From contig OZ219865.1 of assembly GCA_964291675.2 (NCBI GenBank), positions 416,001-480,000 of the forward strand: a stretch of 64,000 nucleotides of DNA, in the 5' to 3' direction. The stretch comes from Alphaproteobacteria bacterium (lineage in GTDB: Bacteria > Pseudomonadota > Alphaproteobacteria > MPNO01). The notes beneath the pieces are model-generated. The model was not told where the DNA came from. It worked only from the letters and a program-made list of their open reading frames with translations, and ran no database searches. The translations under genes were made by a program, and so were the position numbers. The stretch's first letter is position 1. Each line of letters begins with the position of its first letter. Below are positions 32,080-42,849 of the stretch, piece by piece.

Positions 32080-35000
32080 ATGTCACACGCCGATTACGTC
32101 CATCTCCGGGTCCATACCGCCTACTCGCTCTCCGAAGGGGCGATAAAGATCCCCGACCTCGTCCGGCTCTGCGTTGCCGAGGCGATGCCCGCGGTCGCGG
32201 TCGCCGACACCAACAACCTGTTCGGCGCGCTCGAATTCGCCATGGCCGCGGCGGCCGAGGGGGTGCAGCCGATCGTCGGCTGCCAGCTCGCCGTAGCCCC
32301 GATGGACACCGCCTCGGCGATCGAGAGCGCTTGGGCGGGGGCGCGCAACGGGCGCAAGAGAAGGCGCGATTCGCTCGTCCTGCTGGTGCAGAACGAGGCG
32401 GGCTACGGCAACCTGATGCGCCTGGTCTCGCGCGCGTTCCTCGAATCCGAGGCGGGCGACCCGCATGTCTCGTTCGCCGACGTGGCGGCGCATGGCTCGG
32501 GGCTGATCGCGCTGACCGCCGGCACCTCGGGCGCGCTCGGCCGGCTGCTGGCGGACGGGCAGGTGCAGAAGGCGTCGGGCGCGCTGCAACAGCTTCGGAA
32601 AGCGTTCCCCGACCGGCTCTATATCGAGCTCACCCGGCACGGCGAGGAGCTGGAGCGGCGGATCGAGGACGATCTGATCGACCTCGCGATGACCCACGAC
32701 CTGCCGCTGGTCGCCACCAACGAGGCGTTTTTCGCCGACGCCGCGATGTACGAGGCGCATGACGCGCTGTTGTGCATCGCCGAGGGCGCCCATGTGGTCG
32801 AGCAGGACCGGCGCCGGCTGACCGCCGAGCACCGGTTTCGCAGCGCCGCCGAGATGCGCGCGCTGTTCGCCGATCTGCCCGAGGCGCTCGACAACACGCT
32901 GGTGATCGCCCGGCGCTGCGCCTTCATGCCGGAGCCGCGCGAGCCGATTCTGCCGCGCTACCGGGCGGCCGCGGGAAAGACCGAAGCGGACGCGCTGACC
33001 GCCGCGGCCGAGGCCGGGCTCGAAGCCCGTCTCGAAGCCGGCGTCTACCCCGCCGGCGCGACCGCCGAACGGAAGGAGGAGGCCGCGAGACCCTATCGCG
33101 AGCGGCTCGCCTACGAGCTGGAGACCATCATCGGGATGGGGTACCCCGGCTATTTCCTGATCGTCGCCGACTTCATCCAGTGGGCGAAGAAGCAGCAAAT
33201 CCCGGTCGGGCCGGGGCGCGGCTCCGGCGCCGGGTCGGTGGTCGCCTGGGCGCTCACCATCACCGATCTCGACCCGCTGCGCTTCGGGCTCCTGTTCGAG
33301 CGATTTCTCAACCCGGACCGGGTGTCGATGCCGGATTTCGACATCGACTTCTGCCAGGACCGGCGCGACGAGGTGATCCGCTACGTCCAGGACAAGTACG
33401 GCACCGACCGGGTGGCCCAGATCATCACCTTCGGAACGTTGCAGGCGCGGGCGGCGATCCGCGACGTGGGGCGGGTCCTGGGCATGCCCTACGGCCAGGT
33501 CGACCGGATTTCCAAGCTGGTGCCGTACAACCCGGCCCATCCGCCCACCCTCGCCGAAGCGCTGGAGAAAGAGCCGCAGCTGCGCGAGATGCGCACCGGC
33601 GACGAGCAGGTGGCGCGGCTGCTCGACCTCGCGATGGCCCTCGAAGGGCTGTACCGCCACACCTCCACCCATGCCGCCGGGGTGGTGATCGGCGACCGGC
33701 CGCTCGACGAGCTGGTGCCGCTCTACCGGGATCCCCGCTCGGACCTGCCGGCGACCCAGTTCTCGATGAAATACACCGAGCTGTCCGGTCTGGTTAAGTT
33801 CGACTTCCTCGGGCTGAAGACGCTGAGCGTGCTCGACCGCGCGCTCAAGCTGATCCCCGAGGGGGTGCGGCCCGATTTGCTGGCGCTGCCCTTCGACGAC
33901 GAAAAGACCTACGCCATGCTGGGGCGCGGGGACACCGCCGGGGTGTTCCAGATGGAGAGCGCCGGCATGCGCGACGCGCTGCGCCAGATGAAGCCCGACT
34001 GCATCGAGGATCTGATCGCCCTGGTGGCGCTGTACCGCCCGGGGCCGATGGACAACATCCCGCGCTACAACAACTGCAAGCACGGGCGCGAGCTGCCCGA
34101 CTACCTGCACCCCGACCTGGAAGACATCCTGCGCGAGACCTTCGGCGTGATCATCTACCAGGAACAGGTGATGCAGATCGCGCAGAAGCTGTCCGGCTTC
34201 AGCCTCGCCAGGGCCGACCTGCTGCGCCGCGCGATGGGCAAGAAGATCCAGGCCGAGATGGACGCCCAGCGCGGCGCCTTCGTCGAGGGCGCGGTCGCGC
34301 GCGGCGTGGACGAATCGAAGGCGCGGCAGATCTTCGAGCAGGTCGACAAGTTCGCCGGCTACGGCTTCAACAAGTCGCACGCCGCAGCCTATGCGCTGAT
34401 CGCCTACCAGACCGCCTGGCTGAAGGCCAATCACCCGGTCGAGTTCTTCGCCGCCCTGATGACCCTCGACCTCGGCAACACGGACAAGCTCGGCGTCATC
34501 CGCCAGGAGCTGCAGCGCCTCGACATCCCGCTGCTGCCGCCCGACGTCAACCGCTCGGCCGCCGCGTTCTCGGTCGAGGAAGCCAGCAACGGGAGCCGGA
34601 GAAGAGCGATCCGCTACGCCCTTGCGGCGATCCGCAAGGTCGGCGGGCAGGCGATGGAGGATCTCGCGGCCGAACGCGAATCGGGCGGGCCGTTCCGCGA
34701 CGAGTTCGATTTCGCGCAAAGGCTCGGCGGGACGCTGGCCAACCGCCAGCAGCTCGAGAACCTGGTGCGGGCGGGCGCGCTCGACTGCCTGAACCCCAAC
34801 CGCCGCCAGATCTTCGAGGCGATCGACCGTCTGGTGCGGATCGGCCAGTCCGCCGCCCAGGCGCGCGACAGCAACCAGACCAGCCTGTTCGGCGAGGACG
34901 GGGACGGGCTGCCGCCGGTGGAGCAGCAGCGCCCCGAGGTCGCGGACTGGACCCCCATGGAACGCCTCGACCATGAATTCGACGCGGTCGGCTTCTACCT

Positions 35001-35571
35001 CTCCGCCCACCCGCTGGACGGCAACGAGCGCCGTCTCAGGCGGCTCGGGGTCGAGTCCCACGCCGAGATTGTCCGCCGCGCCGAATCGGGGACCTGCAAG
35101 CTCGCCGGCATCGTCGCCGCGCGGCAGGAACGCACCTCGCCCAAGGGGAACCGCTTCGCCTATGTCCGGCTGACCGATTCCTCGGGCGCCTTCGAGGTGG
35201 TTGTGTTCAACGAGCTGCTCGGCCAGTCGCGCGATCTGCTGGAGGCCAACAGCAGGGTGCTCGTCACCGCCGAATCGCGCGCGGAAGGCGACGGCACACG
35301 CCTGATCGCGCACCGTATCGAGCCGCTCGACCGGGCGATCGACGGAATGGAGACCGGGCTCCAGGTGCGGGTGGCCGATTGCGCCTGCCTGCCGACCGTC
35401 AGGTCCGAGGTCGGGCGCTGGAAGCAGGGACGCGGCCGGGTGAGCATCCTGATCGCCATCGATTCGGGGCAGGAGGTCGAGGTGTTGCTGCCCGGCGGCT
35501 ACACGGTGCCGGCCGACGGTCCGCCGGCGCTCGACGCTCTCGCCGGGGTCAGCGAAGTCAACGAGCTCTAG
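32080..35571 (+). CDS. dnaE: DNA polymerase III alpha subunit
   Basis: PHP-domain HLRVHTAYS, GPGRGSGAGS, PDFDIDF and FAGYGFNKSH; no intein seen. Confidence 0.97.
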   Translation: MSHADYVHLRVHTAYSLSEGAIKIPDLVRLCVAEAMPAVAVADTNNLFGALEFAMAAAAEGVQPIVGCQLAVAPMDTASAIESAWAGARNGRKRRRDSLVLLVQNEAGYGNLMRLVSRAFLESEAGDPHVSFADVAAHGSGLIALTAGTSGALGRLLADGQVQKASGALQQLRKAFPDRLYIELTRHGEELERRIEDDLIDLAMTHDLPLVATNEAFFADAAMYEAHDALLCIAEGAHVVEQDRRRLTAEHRFRSAAEMRALFADLPEALDNTLVIARRCAFMPEPREPILPRYRAAAGKTEADALTAAAEAGLEARLEAGVYPAGATAERKEEAARPYRERLAYELETIIGMGYPGYFLIVADFIQWAKKQQIPVGPGRGSGAGSVVAWALTITDLDPLRFGLLFERFLNPDRVSMPDFDIDFCQDRRDEVIRYVQDKYGTDRVAQIITFGTLQARAAIRDVGRVLGMPYGQVDRISKLVPYNPAHPPTLAEALEKEPQLREMRTGDEQVARLLDLAMALEGLYRHTSTHAAGVVIGDRPLDELVPLYRDPRSDLPATQFSMKYTELSGLVKFDFLGLKTLSVLDRALKLIPEGVRPDLLALPFDDEKTYAMLGRGDTAGVFQMESAGMRDALRQMKPDCIEDLIALVALYRPGPMDNIPRYNNCKHGRELPDYLHPDLEDILRETFGVIIYQEQVMQIAQKLSGFSLARADLLRRAMGKKIQAEMDAQRGAFVEGAVARGVDESKARQIFEQVDKFAGYGFNKSHAAAYALIAYQTAWLKANHPVEFFAALMTLDLGNTDKLGVIRQELQRLDIPLLPPDVNRSAAAFSVEEASNGSRRRAIRYALAAIRKVGGQAMEDLAAERESGGPFRDEFDFAQRLGGTLANRQQLENLVRAGALDCLNPNRRQIFEAIDRLVRIGQSAAQARDSNQTSLFGEDGDGLPPVEQQRPEVADWTPMERLDHEFDAVGFYLSAHPLDGNERRLRRLGVESHAEIVRRAESGTCKLAGIVAARQERTSPKGNRFAYVRLTDSSGAFEVVVFNELLGQSRDLLEANSRVLVTAESRAEGDGTRLIAHRIEPLDRAIDGMETGLQVRVADCACLPTVRSEVGRWKQGRGRVSILIAIDSGQEVEVLLPGGYTVPADGPPALDALAGVSEVNEL

Positions 35572-35597
35572 CGCTCCGCCAAATACCCTGATTTCGC

Positions 35598-35626
35598 TTG
35601 CGAATGCGGGGCTTCGGGTTTATCAC
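35598..35626 (+). promoter_or_regulatory. Putative sigma70 promoter of rpsB-tsf
   Basis: TTGCGA-17 nt-TATCAC. Confidence 0.5.
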
Positions 35627-35642
35627 AGCCGCGCTTCAGAGA

Positions 35643-35751
35643 ACGCACGCGGGCAGCGGGAGACGCGCCGTCTTCCTTCCGGTCGGCACGGGGTTTGCGC
35701 GATCCCGGGCCGCATTGCCCGCGGAGGGACAACCGGACGAGGACCGACATC
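35643..35751 (+). promoter_or_regulatory. rpsB 5' leader (S2 autoregulatory/t44-like structured RNA)
   Basis: ACGCACGCGGG...CCGGT...CCCGCGGAGGGACAACCGG resembles the conserved GGAGG-N-AACC core of rpsB leaders. CCGGT (35679) can pair with ACCGG (35732). Confidence 0.6.
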
Positions 35752-36639
35752 ATGGCAATGCCAGACTTCACCATGCGCCAGCTGCTGGAGGCAGGGGTTC
35801 ATTTCGGCCACCATACCAAGCGCTGGAATCCCAAGATGGCGCCCTACATCTTCGGCGTCAGGAACGGCATCCACATCATCGACCTGCAGCAGACCATGCC
35901 GATGCTGTATGCGGCGCTGGCCGCGATCCGCGAAATCACCGCGGCTCGCGGGCGCATCCTGTTCGTCGGCACCAAGCGCCAGGCGAGCGAGCTGGTCGCC
36001 GATGCGGCCGGGCGCTGCGGCCAGTATTTCGTGAACCACCGCTGGCTCGGCGGAACGCTCACCAACTGGAAGACCATCACCGCCTCCATCCAGCGGCTGC
36101 GCGACCTCGACGAGACGCTGGAGACCGAGGAGAGCGGGCTCACCAAGAAGGAGCTGCTGGGCCTGACGCGCGAGCGCGAGAAGCTGCAACGCGCGCTCGG
36201 CGGCATCAAGGAGATGGGCGGGCTTCCCGACGCCCTGTTCGTGATCGACACCAACAAGGAGTCGATCGCGATCAAGGAAGCGAAGAAGCTCAACATTCCG
36301 GTCGTCGGCGTGATCGACAGCAACTCCGACCCCGACGACATCTCCTTCGCGATTCCCGGCAACGACGATGCGATACGCTCGATCGCGCTCTATTGCGACC
36401 TCGTGTCCCGGGCGGTGCTGGACGGTTTGCAGCAGGAGGCGATCGCCAGCGGAAGCGACATCGGCGAGTCCGAGGAAGCGCCGCTGGAGGATCTTCCCGA
36501 AGAGGGCGAAGCCGAGAGCGACGGGGACTCCCCCGACGCCGGTTCCGGGGACGCGGCCGATCCGGCGCCGGAACCGGCCACGGAAGCCGCGGCCCAACCC
36601 TCTCCGGAAGCGGCTGCGGACGGCGCTGCCGCGAGCTAG
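35752..36639 (+). CDS. rpsB: 30S ribosomal protein S2
   Basis: [19 protein letters not shown] and [10 protein letters not shown]. Confidence 0.98.
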   Translation: MAMPDFTMRQLLEAGVHFGHHTKRWNPKMAPYIFGVRNGIHIIDLQQTMPMLYAALAAIREITAARGRILFVGTKRQASELVADAAGRCGQYFVNHRWLGGTLTNWKTITASIQRLRDLDETLETEESGLTKKELLGLTREREKLQRALGGIKEMGGLPDALFVIDTNKESIAIKEAKKLNIPVVGVIDSNSDPDDISFAIPGNDDAIRSIALYCDLVSRAVLDGLQQEAIASGSDIGESEEAPLEDLPEEGEAESDGDSPDAGSGDAADPAPEPATEAAAQPSPEAAADGAAAS

Positions 36640-36714
36640 CCCGGCCGGCGGCAACGCCGGGTACCGATTGACGCAGGGGCCCGCCCCGGGTTCCCGACAA
36701 CCGACGAGGACACG

Positions 36715-37635
36715 ATGGCGCAGATTACGGCGAGCCTGGTCAAGGCGCTGCGAGACAAGACCGGCGCCGGCATGATGGATTGCAAGAAAGCGCTGACCGA
36801 ATCCGGCGGCGAGATCGACGCCGCGGTCGACTGGCTGCGCAAGAACGGCCTCGCCGCCGCGGCCAAGAAGGCGGGGCGGGTTGCTGCCGAGGGGCTCGTC
36901 GCGCTGGCCACCGAAGGCACCGAAGGCGCCGTGGTCGAGGTCAACGCGGAGACCGACTTCGTCGGGCGCAACGCCGAGTTCCAGACCTTCGTTCAGGAGG
37001 TGGCGAAGATCGCGCTGCGGAGCGGCGATTCCGTCGAGGCGCTGGGCGAGGCGCCGATGGGGGAGGGGACGGTGGCGTCCCGGCTCACCGACCTGATCGC
37101 CAGGATCGGCGAGAACATGTCGCTCAGGCGCGTCGAGCGGCTGTCGGTCGCAAACGGGGCGATCGGCAGCTACGTCCACAACAGCGTCGCACCGGGGCTG
37201 GGGCGCATCGCCGTGCTGGTCGGGCTCGAATCCGCCGGCGCATCCGAGCGGCTCGACGGGCTCGCGCGCCAGCTTGCCATGCATGTCGCGGCGGCGAGCC
37301 CGCAATGGACCGCGATCGACGGCATCGACCCGGCCGCGCTGGAGCGCGAGCGCGGCGTTCTGTCCGAACAGGCCCGCGCCAGCGGACGGCCGGAACACAT
37401 CGTCGAGAAGATGGTCGAAGGACGGCTCAGAAAGTTTTACGAGGACACCGTGCTGCTCGAACAGACCTTCGTCATCGACGGCGAAACGAAGGTTTCCGCA
37501 GTGGTGGGAGCGCTCGCCGGGGAGATCGGTACGCCGGTCTCGGTGGCGGGCTTCCGGCGCTTCGCCCTCGGCGAGGGGATCGAGAAGCCGGATGGGGATT
37601 TCGCCGCCGAGGTCGCAGCAACCGTCGACGGGTGA
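36715..37635 (+). CDS. tsf: Elongation factor Ts
   Basis: [16 protein letters not shown] and NAETDFV. Confidence 0.98.
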   Translation: MAQITASLVKALRDKTGAGMMDCKKALTESGGEIDAAVDWLRKNGLAAAAKKAGRVAAEGLVALATEGTEGAVVEVNAETDFVGRNAEFQTFVQEVAKIALRSGDSVEALGEAPMGEGTVASRLTDLIARIGENMSLRRVERLSVANGAIGSYVHNSVAPGLGRIAVLVGLESAGASERLDGLARQLAMHVAAASPQWTAIDGIDPAALERERGVLSEQARASGRPEHIVEKMVEGRLRKFYEDTVLLEQTFVIDGETKVSAVVGALAGEIGTPVSVAGFRRFALGEGIEKPDGDFAAEVAATVDG

Positions 37636-37665
37636 GGGCGTGCGCCAACCGCATGAAACCGGTCC

Positions 37666-38379
37666 GTGACCTATAAGCGCATCCTGCTCAAGCTGTCCGG
37701 CGAGGCGCTCATGGGCCCCGGGCAGTACGGGCTCGATTCCGCCACCGTGGAGCGTATCGCGCAGGAGATCCGCTCGGTCGCCCGGCTCGGCGTCGAGCTT
37801 TGCGTGGTCATCGGGGGCGGCAACATATTTCGCGGCGTCTCCGGCGCCTCGCTCGGCATGGAACAGGCCACGGCCGACTATATCGGCATGCTGGCCACGG
37901 TGATGAACGCGCTCGCCCTCCAGGGCGTGCTCGAACGGCACGAGGTCCACACGCGGGTGCTGTCGGCGGTCCGCATGGAATCGGTGTGCGAACCCTATAT
38001 CCGGCGGCGGGCGATCCGCCATATGGAGAAGGGTCGGGTGGTGATCTTTGCCGCCGGCACCGGCAATCCGTTCTTCACCACCGATACCGCGGCCGCGCTC
38101 AGGGCCAGCGAGATGGGGTGCGACGCGCTGTTCAAGGGCACCCAGGTGGATGGGGTATACTCGGCCGATCCCAAGCTGCATCGCGACGCGGTGCGCTACG
38201 ACCGGCTGGCCTATCTGGAGGTTCTGTCGCGCGACCTGAAGGTGATGGATGCATCGGCGGTATCTCTGGCACGCGAAAACAAGATACCAATTCTGGTATT
38301 TTCGCTTCACACTTCGGGGGCGTTTGCCGACATCGTAGCCGGCGGGGGAACCTACACACTGATCGCCGAAGGGGGGTGA
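37666..38379 (+). CDS. pyrH: UMP kinase
   Basis: [17 protein letters not shown] and [10 protein letters not shown]. Confidence 0.98.
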   Translation: MTYKRILLKLSGEALMGPGQYGLDSATVERIAQEIRSVARLGVELCVVIGGGNIFRGVSGASLGMEQATADYIGMLATVMNALALQGVLERHEVHTRVLSAVRMESVCEPYIRRRAIRHMEKGRVVIFAAGTGNPFFTTDTAAALRASEMGCDALFKGTQVDGVYSADPKLHRDAVRYDRLAYLEVLSRDLKVMDASAVSLARENKIPILVFSLHTSGAFADIVAGGGTYTLIAEGG

Positions 38380-38383
38380 GACC

Positions 38384-38941
38384 GTGGCGGACCCTGAAAT
38401 TGCCGATATCGAGAGGCGGATGAACGGCGCCGTCGAGGCGCTGCGCCGCGAGTTCGCCGGGCTGCGCACCGGCCGCGCATCGGCGGCCCTGCTGGAGCCG
38501 CTGACGGTCGAGGCCTATGGCAACAAGATGCCGATCAACCAGGTCGGAACCATCGGCGTCCCCGATCCGCGCATGCTCACCGTCCAGGTCTGGGACCAGA
38601 GCCAGGTCGGCGCCGTCGAGCGGGCGATCCGGGATTCCGGGCTCGGGCTCAACCCCCAGACCGAGGGCAATCTCATCCGGGTGCCGATCCCGCAGCTCAC
38701 CGAGGAACGCCGGGTGGAGCTCACCAAGGTGGCCAACAAATATGCGGAACAGGCCCGGGTGGCGGTGCGCAACGTGAGGCGCGACGGCATCGAGCGGTTC
38801 CGCAAGAAGGAAAGGGAAGGCGAGATCTCGCAGGACGAACAGCGCGCCTGGTCGGCCGAAATCCAGCAACTCACCGATGCGACCGTGGCGACGATCGACG
38901 ACGCGCTGTCATCCAAGGAGACCGAGATTCTTCAGGTCTGA
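38384..38941 (+). CDS. frr: Ribosome recycling factor
   Basis: [15 protein letters not shown] and VRNVRRD. Confidence 0.98.
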   Translation: MADPEIADIERRMNGAVEALRREFAGLRTGRASAALLEPLTVEAYGNKMPINQVGTIGVPDPRMLTVQVWDQSQVGAVERAIRDSGLGLNPQTEGNLIRVPIPQLTEERRVELTKVANKYAEQARVAVRNVRRDGIERFRKKEREGEISQDEQRAWSAEIQQLTDATVATIDDALSSKETEILQV

Positions 38942-38946
38942 AGTCC

Positions 38947-39681
38947 ATGGAGCCCGTGCTTGCATATCCCGACGAGGTGGCGCCGACCCATGTTGCCGTG
39001 ATCATGGACGGCAACGGCCGCTGGGCGCAGGCGCGGGAGATGGACCGCGCGGCCGGGCATCGGCAGGGGGCGGAGGCGGCCATGCAGGCGGTCAGGAGCG
39101 CGGTCGAGCTCGGTGTCTCCTACCTCACCCTCTACGGGTTCTCGAGCGAGAACTGGAGCCGCCCGGCGCACGAGATCGACGAGCTGATGGCGCTGCTCAG
39201 GCGCTATCTCCGCGACGAGGTGGAAGAGCTCGACCGGCAGGGCGTCAGGATTCTCTTCATCGGGGATCGCAGCAGACTCGCCGGAGACATCGTCGCTCTG
39301 GCCGAGACCGCGGAGGAGCGCACGCGCGGCAACACCCGTCTGACGCTGGTGCTTGCGCTGAGCTACAGCGGGCGGCAGGAGATCGCCCGGGCCGCCCGCA
39401 GACTCGCCCGGAAGGCGGCCGCGGGGGACATGGATCCGGACGCGATAGACGAGACCGCGCTGGCCGGCGAATTGTTCACGGCGAACATTCCCGATCCCGA
39501 CCTGGTGATCCGCACCAGCGGGGAACAGAGAATCAGCAACTTCCTGCTGTGGCAGAGCGCCTATGCCGAGCTGGTGTTCGTCGACACGCTGTGGCCGGAT
39601 TTCTCGCGCGAGGACTTCGTCTCCGCAGTACGCGAATTCCACCGGCGCGAGCGTCGTTTCGGAACGACCCGTGTCGGCTAG
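38947..39681 (+). CDS. uppS: Undecaprenyl/polyprenyl diphosphate synthase
   Basis: HVAVIMDGNGRW, FSSENW and RTSGEQRISNFLLWQ. Confidence 0.97.
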   Translation: MEPVLAYPDEVAPTHVAVIMDGNGRWAQAREMDRAAGHRQGAEAAMQAVRSAVELGVSYLTLYGFSSENWSRPAHEIDELMALLRRYLRDEVEELDRQGVRILFIGDRSRLAGDIVALAETAEERTRGNTRLTLVLALSYSGRQEIARAARRLARKAAAGDMDPDAIDETALAGELFTANIPDPDLVIRTSGEQRISNFLLWQSAYAELVFVDTLWPDFSREDFVSAVREFHRRERRFGTTRVG

Positions 39682-40489
39682 AGCGGAGAATCCCGAGCTT
39701 GCCAGGCGGGTCTTGTCGGCTGCGGTACTGGGGCCGGTCGTATTGGTGACGTTGTATCTGGGCTCGCCGTTTCTGGAGCTGGTGGTCACTGCGGCGGCCG
39801 TGGCGATGGCGTGGGAATGGGACCGGCTGTGCGGCGAGCGGCGCTTCGGGCTGAGCGGCTGGGCGGCGGTGCTCAGTCTCGTTGTGGCGGGCTTGGCCGC
39901 CTGGAGCCGGCGCTACGACGTGGCGGGCCTCGCGCTGGTCCTGGGAACGCTGGCCGCCTACGCGGCGGCGGCGGCGGCGCATCGCAACCACCGGGCATGG
40001 ATTTCGGCCGCTCCCATCGTCGTCGGCGTTCCCTGCGCGGCCCTGATGTGGCTCCGCGCCCTGCCGATGGACGGCTTCGAGACCGCGCTGTGGTTGATCG
40101 GCGCCGTCTGGGCGACGGATATCGCCGCGTTCGCCGTCGGCCGGCTGGTCGGCGGCACGCGGCTCGCGCCGCGGATCAGCCCGAGCAAGACATGGAGCGG
40201 GCTGATCGGCGGGGTTGCCGTGGCCGCGCTGTGGGGGCTGCTCTTCGCCGTCTGGGCGGGGGCGAAGACGCCGTGGCTGCTCTGTGTTCTCGGCGCCGGT
40301 GCGGCGCTCGTCGCTCAGGCGGGAGATTTGGGCGTATCCTTCGTGAAGCGGCGCTTCGGGGCGAAAGATTCGAGCAACCTGATCCCGGGCCATGGCGGCG
40401 TGCTCGACCGGCTCGACGGCATGCTGACGGCGGCCCCCGCGCTGGTCGCGCTGGTCCTGGTCAGCAATGCGGGAATTCTTGCATGGTAG
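39671..40489 (+). CDS. cdsA: Phosphatidate cytidylyltransferase (GTG start inferred)
   Basis: ISPSKTWSG and KRRFGAKDSSNLIPGHGGVLDRLD. Confidence 0.95.
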   Translation: MSARAENPELARRVLSAAVLGPVVLVTLYLGSPFLELVVTAAAVAMAWEWDRLCGERRFGLSGWAAVLSLVVAGLAAWSRRYDVAGLALVLGTLAAYAAAAAAHRNHRAWISAAPIVVGVPCAALMWLRALPMDGFETALWLIGAVWATDIAAFAVGRLVGGTRLAPRISPSKTWSGLIGGVAVAALWGLLFAVWAGAKTPWLLCVLGAGAALVAQAGDLGVSFVKRRFGAKDSSNLIPGHGGVLDRLDGMLTAAPALVALVLVSNAGILAW

Positions 40490-41661
40490 CCGCCGGCGCA
40501 CCCCGCACGGTGACGGTTCTGGGCTCCACCGGGTCGATCGGTTGCAGCACGATCGACCTGATCGAGCGCGAGCCCGAGCGCTTCGAGGTCGTGGCGGTCA
40601 CCGCCAACACCAATGCCGGGCTGCTCGCCGATCAGGCGCGCCGGGTCGGCGCCGAGTTCGCCGCCATCGCCGATCCGGCGCAATACCGCGCCCTGTCGGA
40701 CGCTCTCGGCGGTACCGGGATCGCGTGCGCGGCCGGCACCGGAGCCCTGGTCGAGGCGGCGGAGAGGCAGGCGGAGTGGGTGATGGCCGGCATCGTCGGC
40801 GCCGCCGGGCTCGCACCCACCCTGGCCGCCGTCCGGCGGGGAGCGATCGTCGCCCTGGCCAACAAGGAGTGCCTGGTCTGCGCCGGCTCGCTGTTCATCC
40901 GCGAGGTGGCGGCGAGCGGCGCGACGCTGCTTCCCGTCGACTCGGAGCACAATGCGATCTACCAGGTGTTCGCATCCGCGGCTCCCGAGACGGTCGAAAA
41001 GATTATCCTGACCGCTTCGGGCGGACCCTTCCGAACCGCGTCGATGGATCGGATCGAGAGCGCCACCCCGGAGCAGGCCGTGGCGCATCCGAACTGGGAC
41101 ATGGGCGCCAAGATCTCCGTCGACTCGGCGACCATGATGAACAAGGGGCTGGAGCTGATAGAGGCCCATCACCTGTTCGGACTGCCCGGCGAGCGGATCG
41201 AGATCGTGGTCCATCCGCAGTCGATCGTCCATTCCATGGTGGCCTACATCGACGGATCGGTGCTGGCCCAGCTCGGTACTCCCGATATGCGTATCCCGAT
41301 CTCCTACGCCCTTGCCTGGCCGCAGAGGATGAGCACGCCGAGCGAGCGGCTCGACCTTTGTGCGATCGCCCGGCTCGACTTCGAGGCGCCCGATCCGGTG
41401 CGCTTCCCGGCGCTGCGCCTGGCGCGCGAGGCGCTGAGCGCCGGGGGTGCCGCGCCGACGGTGCTCAACGCCGCGAACGAGGAGGCGGTTGGGCAGTTCC
41501 TGGCCGGGCGGATCGGCTTCCTCGAAATCGCCCGCATCGTCGAGACGGTGATGGAAGAGATGGCCGGGGTCGGCATATCGACCCTCGACGACGTGCGCGA
41601 GGCCGACCGGGCGGCGCGCCTCCACGCCCGCGCGGCGCAGACCGCACCGGCCGACGGATAG
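40483..41661 (+). CDS. dxr: 1-deoxy-D-xylulose 5-phosphate reductoisomerase
   Basis: LGSTGSIG, LANKE, PVDSEH and HPNWDMGAKISVDSATMMNKGLE. Confidence 0.97.
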   Translation: MVAAGAPRTVTVLGSTGSIGCSTIDLIEREPERFEVVAVTANTNAGLLADQARRVGAEFAAIADPAQYRALSDALGGTGIACAAGTGALVEAAERQAEWVMAGIVGAAGLAPTLAAVRRGAIVALANKECLVCAGSLFIREVAASGATLLPVDSEHNAIYQVFASAAPETVEKIILTASGGPFRTASMDRIESATPEQAVAHPNWDMGAKISVDSATMMNKGLELIEAHHLFGLPGERIEIVVHPQSIVHSMVAYIDGSVLAQLGTPDMRIPISYALAWPQRMSTPSERLDLCAIARLDFEAPDPVRFPALRLAREALSAGGAAPTVLNAANEEAVGQFLAGRIGFLEIARIVETVMEEMAGVGISTLDDVREADRAARLHARAAQTAPADG

Positions 41662-41669
41662 GAAGGCGG

Positions 41670-42839
41670 ATGGAAGTGTTGGGCGGTGCCGCGGACTCGG
41701 TCGTTTCCTTCCTGGTCTTCCTGCAGGATTACGCGATCCCCTTTCTGATAGCGATCACCGTGCTGGTGTTCGTGCACGAGATGGGGCACTACCTGGTCGC
41801 GCGCTGGTGCGGCGTACGGGTCGAGGTGTTCTCGGTCGGTTTCGGCCGCGAGATCTGGGGCCGGACGGATGCCCGGGGCACCCGCTGGAAGCTGGGCTGG
41901 ATCCCGGTCGGCGGCTACGTCAAGATGTTCGGCGAGATGCTGCCGCCGGCCGGCGACCGGGCGGCGGAGCCGGGGCCGAGCGCCGCCGACGAGCGGGTTT
42001 CGTTCCACACCAAGGCGCTGTGGCGCCGTGCCGCGATCGTGTTCGCCGGTCCGTTCGCCAATTTCCTGTTCGCCGCGGTCCTGATGGCGGGCATCTTCGC
42101 CACCGTCGGCGAGCTGTCGACCCCGGCCAACATCACCGCGGTGGCGGAAGGAAGCGCGGCGGAACGCGCCGGGATGAAGCCGGGCGACGTGATCCGGCGA
42201 ATCGACGGCACCGAGGTCGACCGTTTCGAGCAGGTCGCCCGCATCGTGCGCATGTCGGCCGGGATCCGGCTGGAGATCGAGGTCGAGCGGGAAGGGCGGC
42301 TTGTCGCGCTGGTCGCCGTGCCGGACGAGGTCCGCCACGAGGGCCTCGGCGGGTCCCAGAAGATCGGCCGCCTGGGGATTTCCCGAAGCGGCGGCGGGGT
42401 CACGGTGGTGCGCCACGACCCCGGCGAGGCGGTGCTCCGCGGCATCGCCGAGACGTTCCGCATCATCGGCGAGATCTTCCGGGCGATCGGACAGATGCTG
42501 TCGGGTGCCCGGGACGCGAGCGATCTGGGCGGGCCGCTCCGGATCGCCCAGATCTCGGGCGATGTCTGGCAGGCCGGGTTGCTCAGCATGGTGGCCTTCG
42601 TCGCCACGCTGTCGATCAATCTGGGCCTGATCAACCTGTTCCCCATCCCGTTGCTGGATGGCGGGCACCTGATGTTCTATGCCGTCGAAGCGGTAACCGG
42701 ACGGCCGCCCGGCGAGCGGGCCCGGGAATACGGCTACCGCATGGGAATCGCCATGTTGCTCGGCCTTATGGTATTCGTGACATGGAACGATCTGTTGCAG
42801 TTGCAAATCGTCGACTTCTTTGTGGGTCTGGTAACCTGA
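41670..42839 (+). CDS. rseP: RIP metalloprotease RseP
   Basis: HEMGH, a PDZ domain and NLFPIPLLDGG. Confidence 0.96.
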   Translation: MEVLGGAADSVVSFLVFLQDYAIPFLIAITVLVFVHEMGHYLVARWCGVRVEVFSVGFGREIWGRTDARGTRWKLGWIPVGGYVKMFGEMLPPAGDRAAEPGPSAADERVSFHTKALWRRAAIVFAGPFANFLFAAVLMAGIFATVGELSTPANITAVAEGSAAERAGMKPGDVIRRIDGTEVDRFEQVARIVRMSAGIRLEIEVEREGRLVALVAVPDEVRHEGLGGSQKIGRLGISRSGGGVTVVRHDPGEAVLRGIAETFRIIGEIFRAIGQMLSGARDASDLGGPLRIAQISGDVWQAGLLSMVAFVATLSINLGLINLFPIPLLDGGHLMFYAVEAVTGRPPGERAREYGYRMGIAMLLGLMVFVTWNDLLQLQIVDFFVGLVT

Positions 42840-42849
42840 GGCAAGTACG

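Noticed and set aside
32290-32375. Extra segment in the DnaE PHP domain (APMDTASAIESAWAGARNGRKRRR)
   Set aside because: It falls in a loop that varies in length among alphaproteobacterial DnaE proteins. No intein motifs or clear palindromic element were seen.
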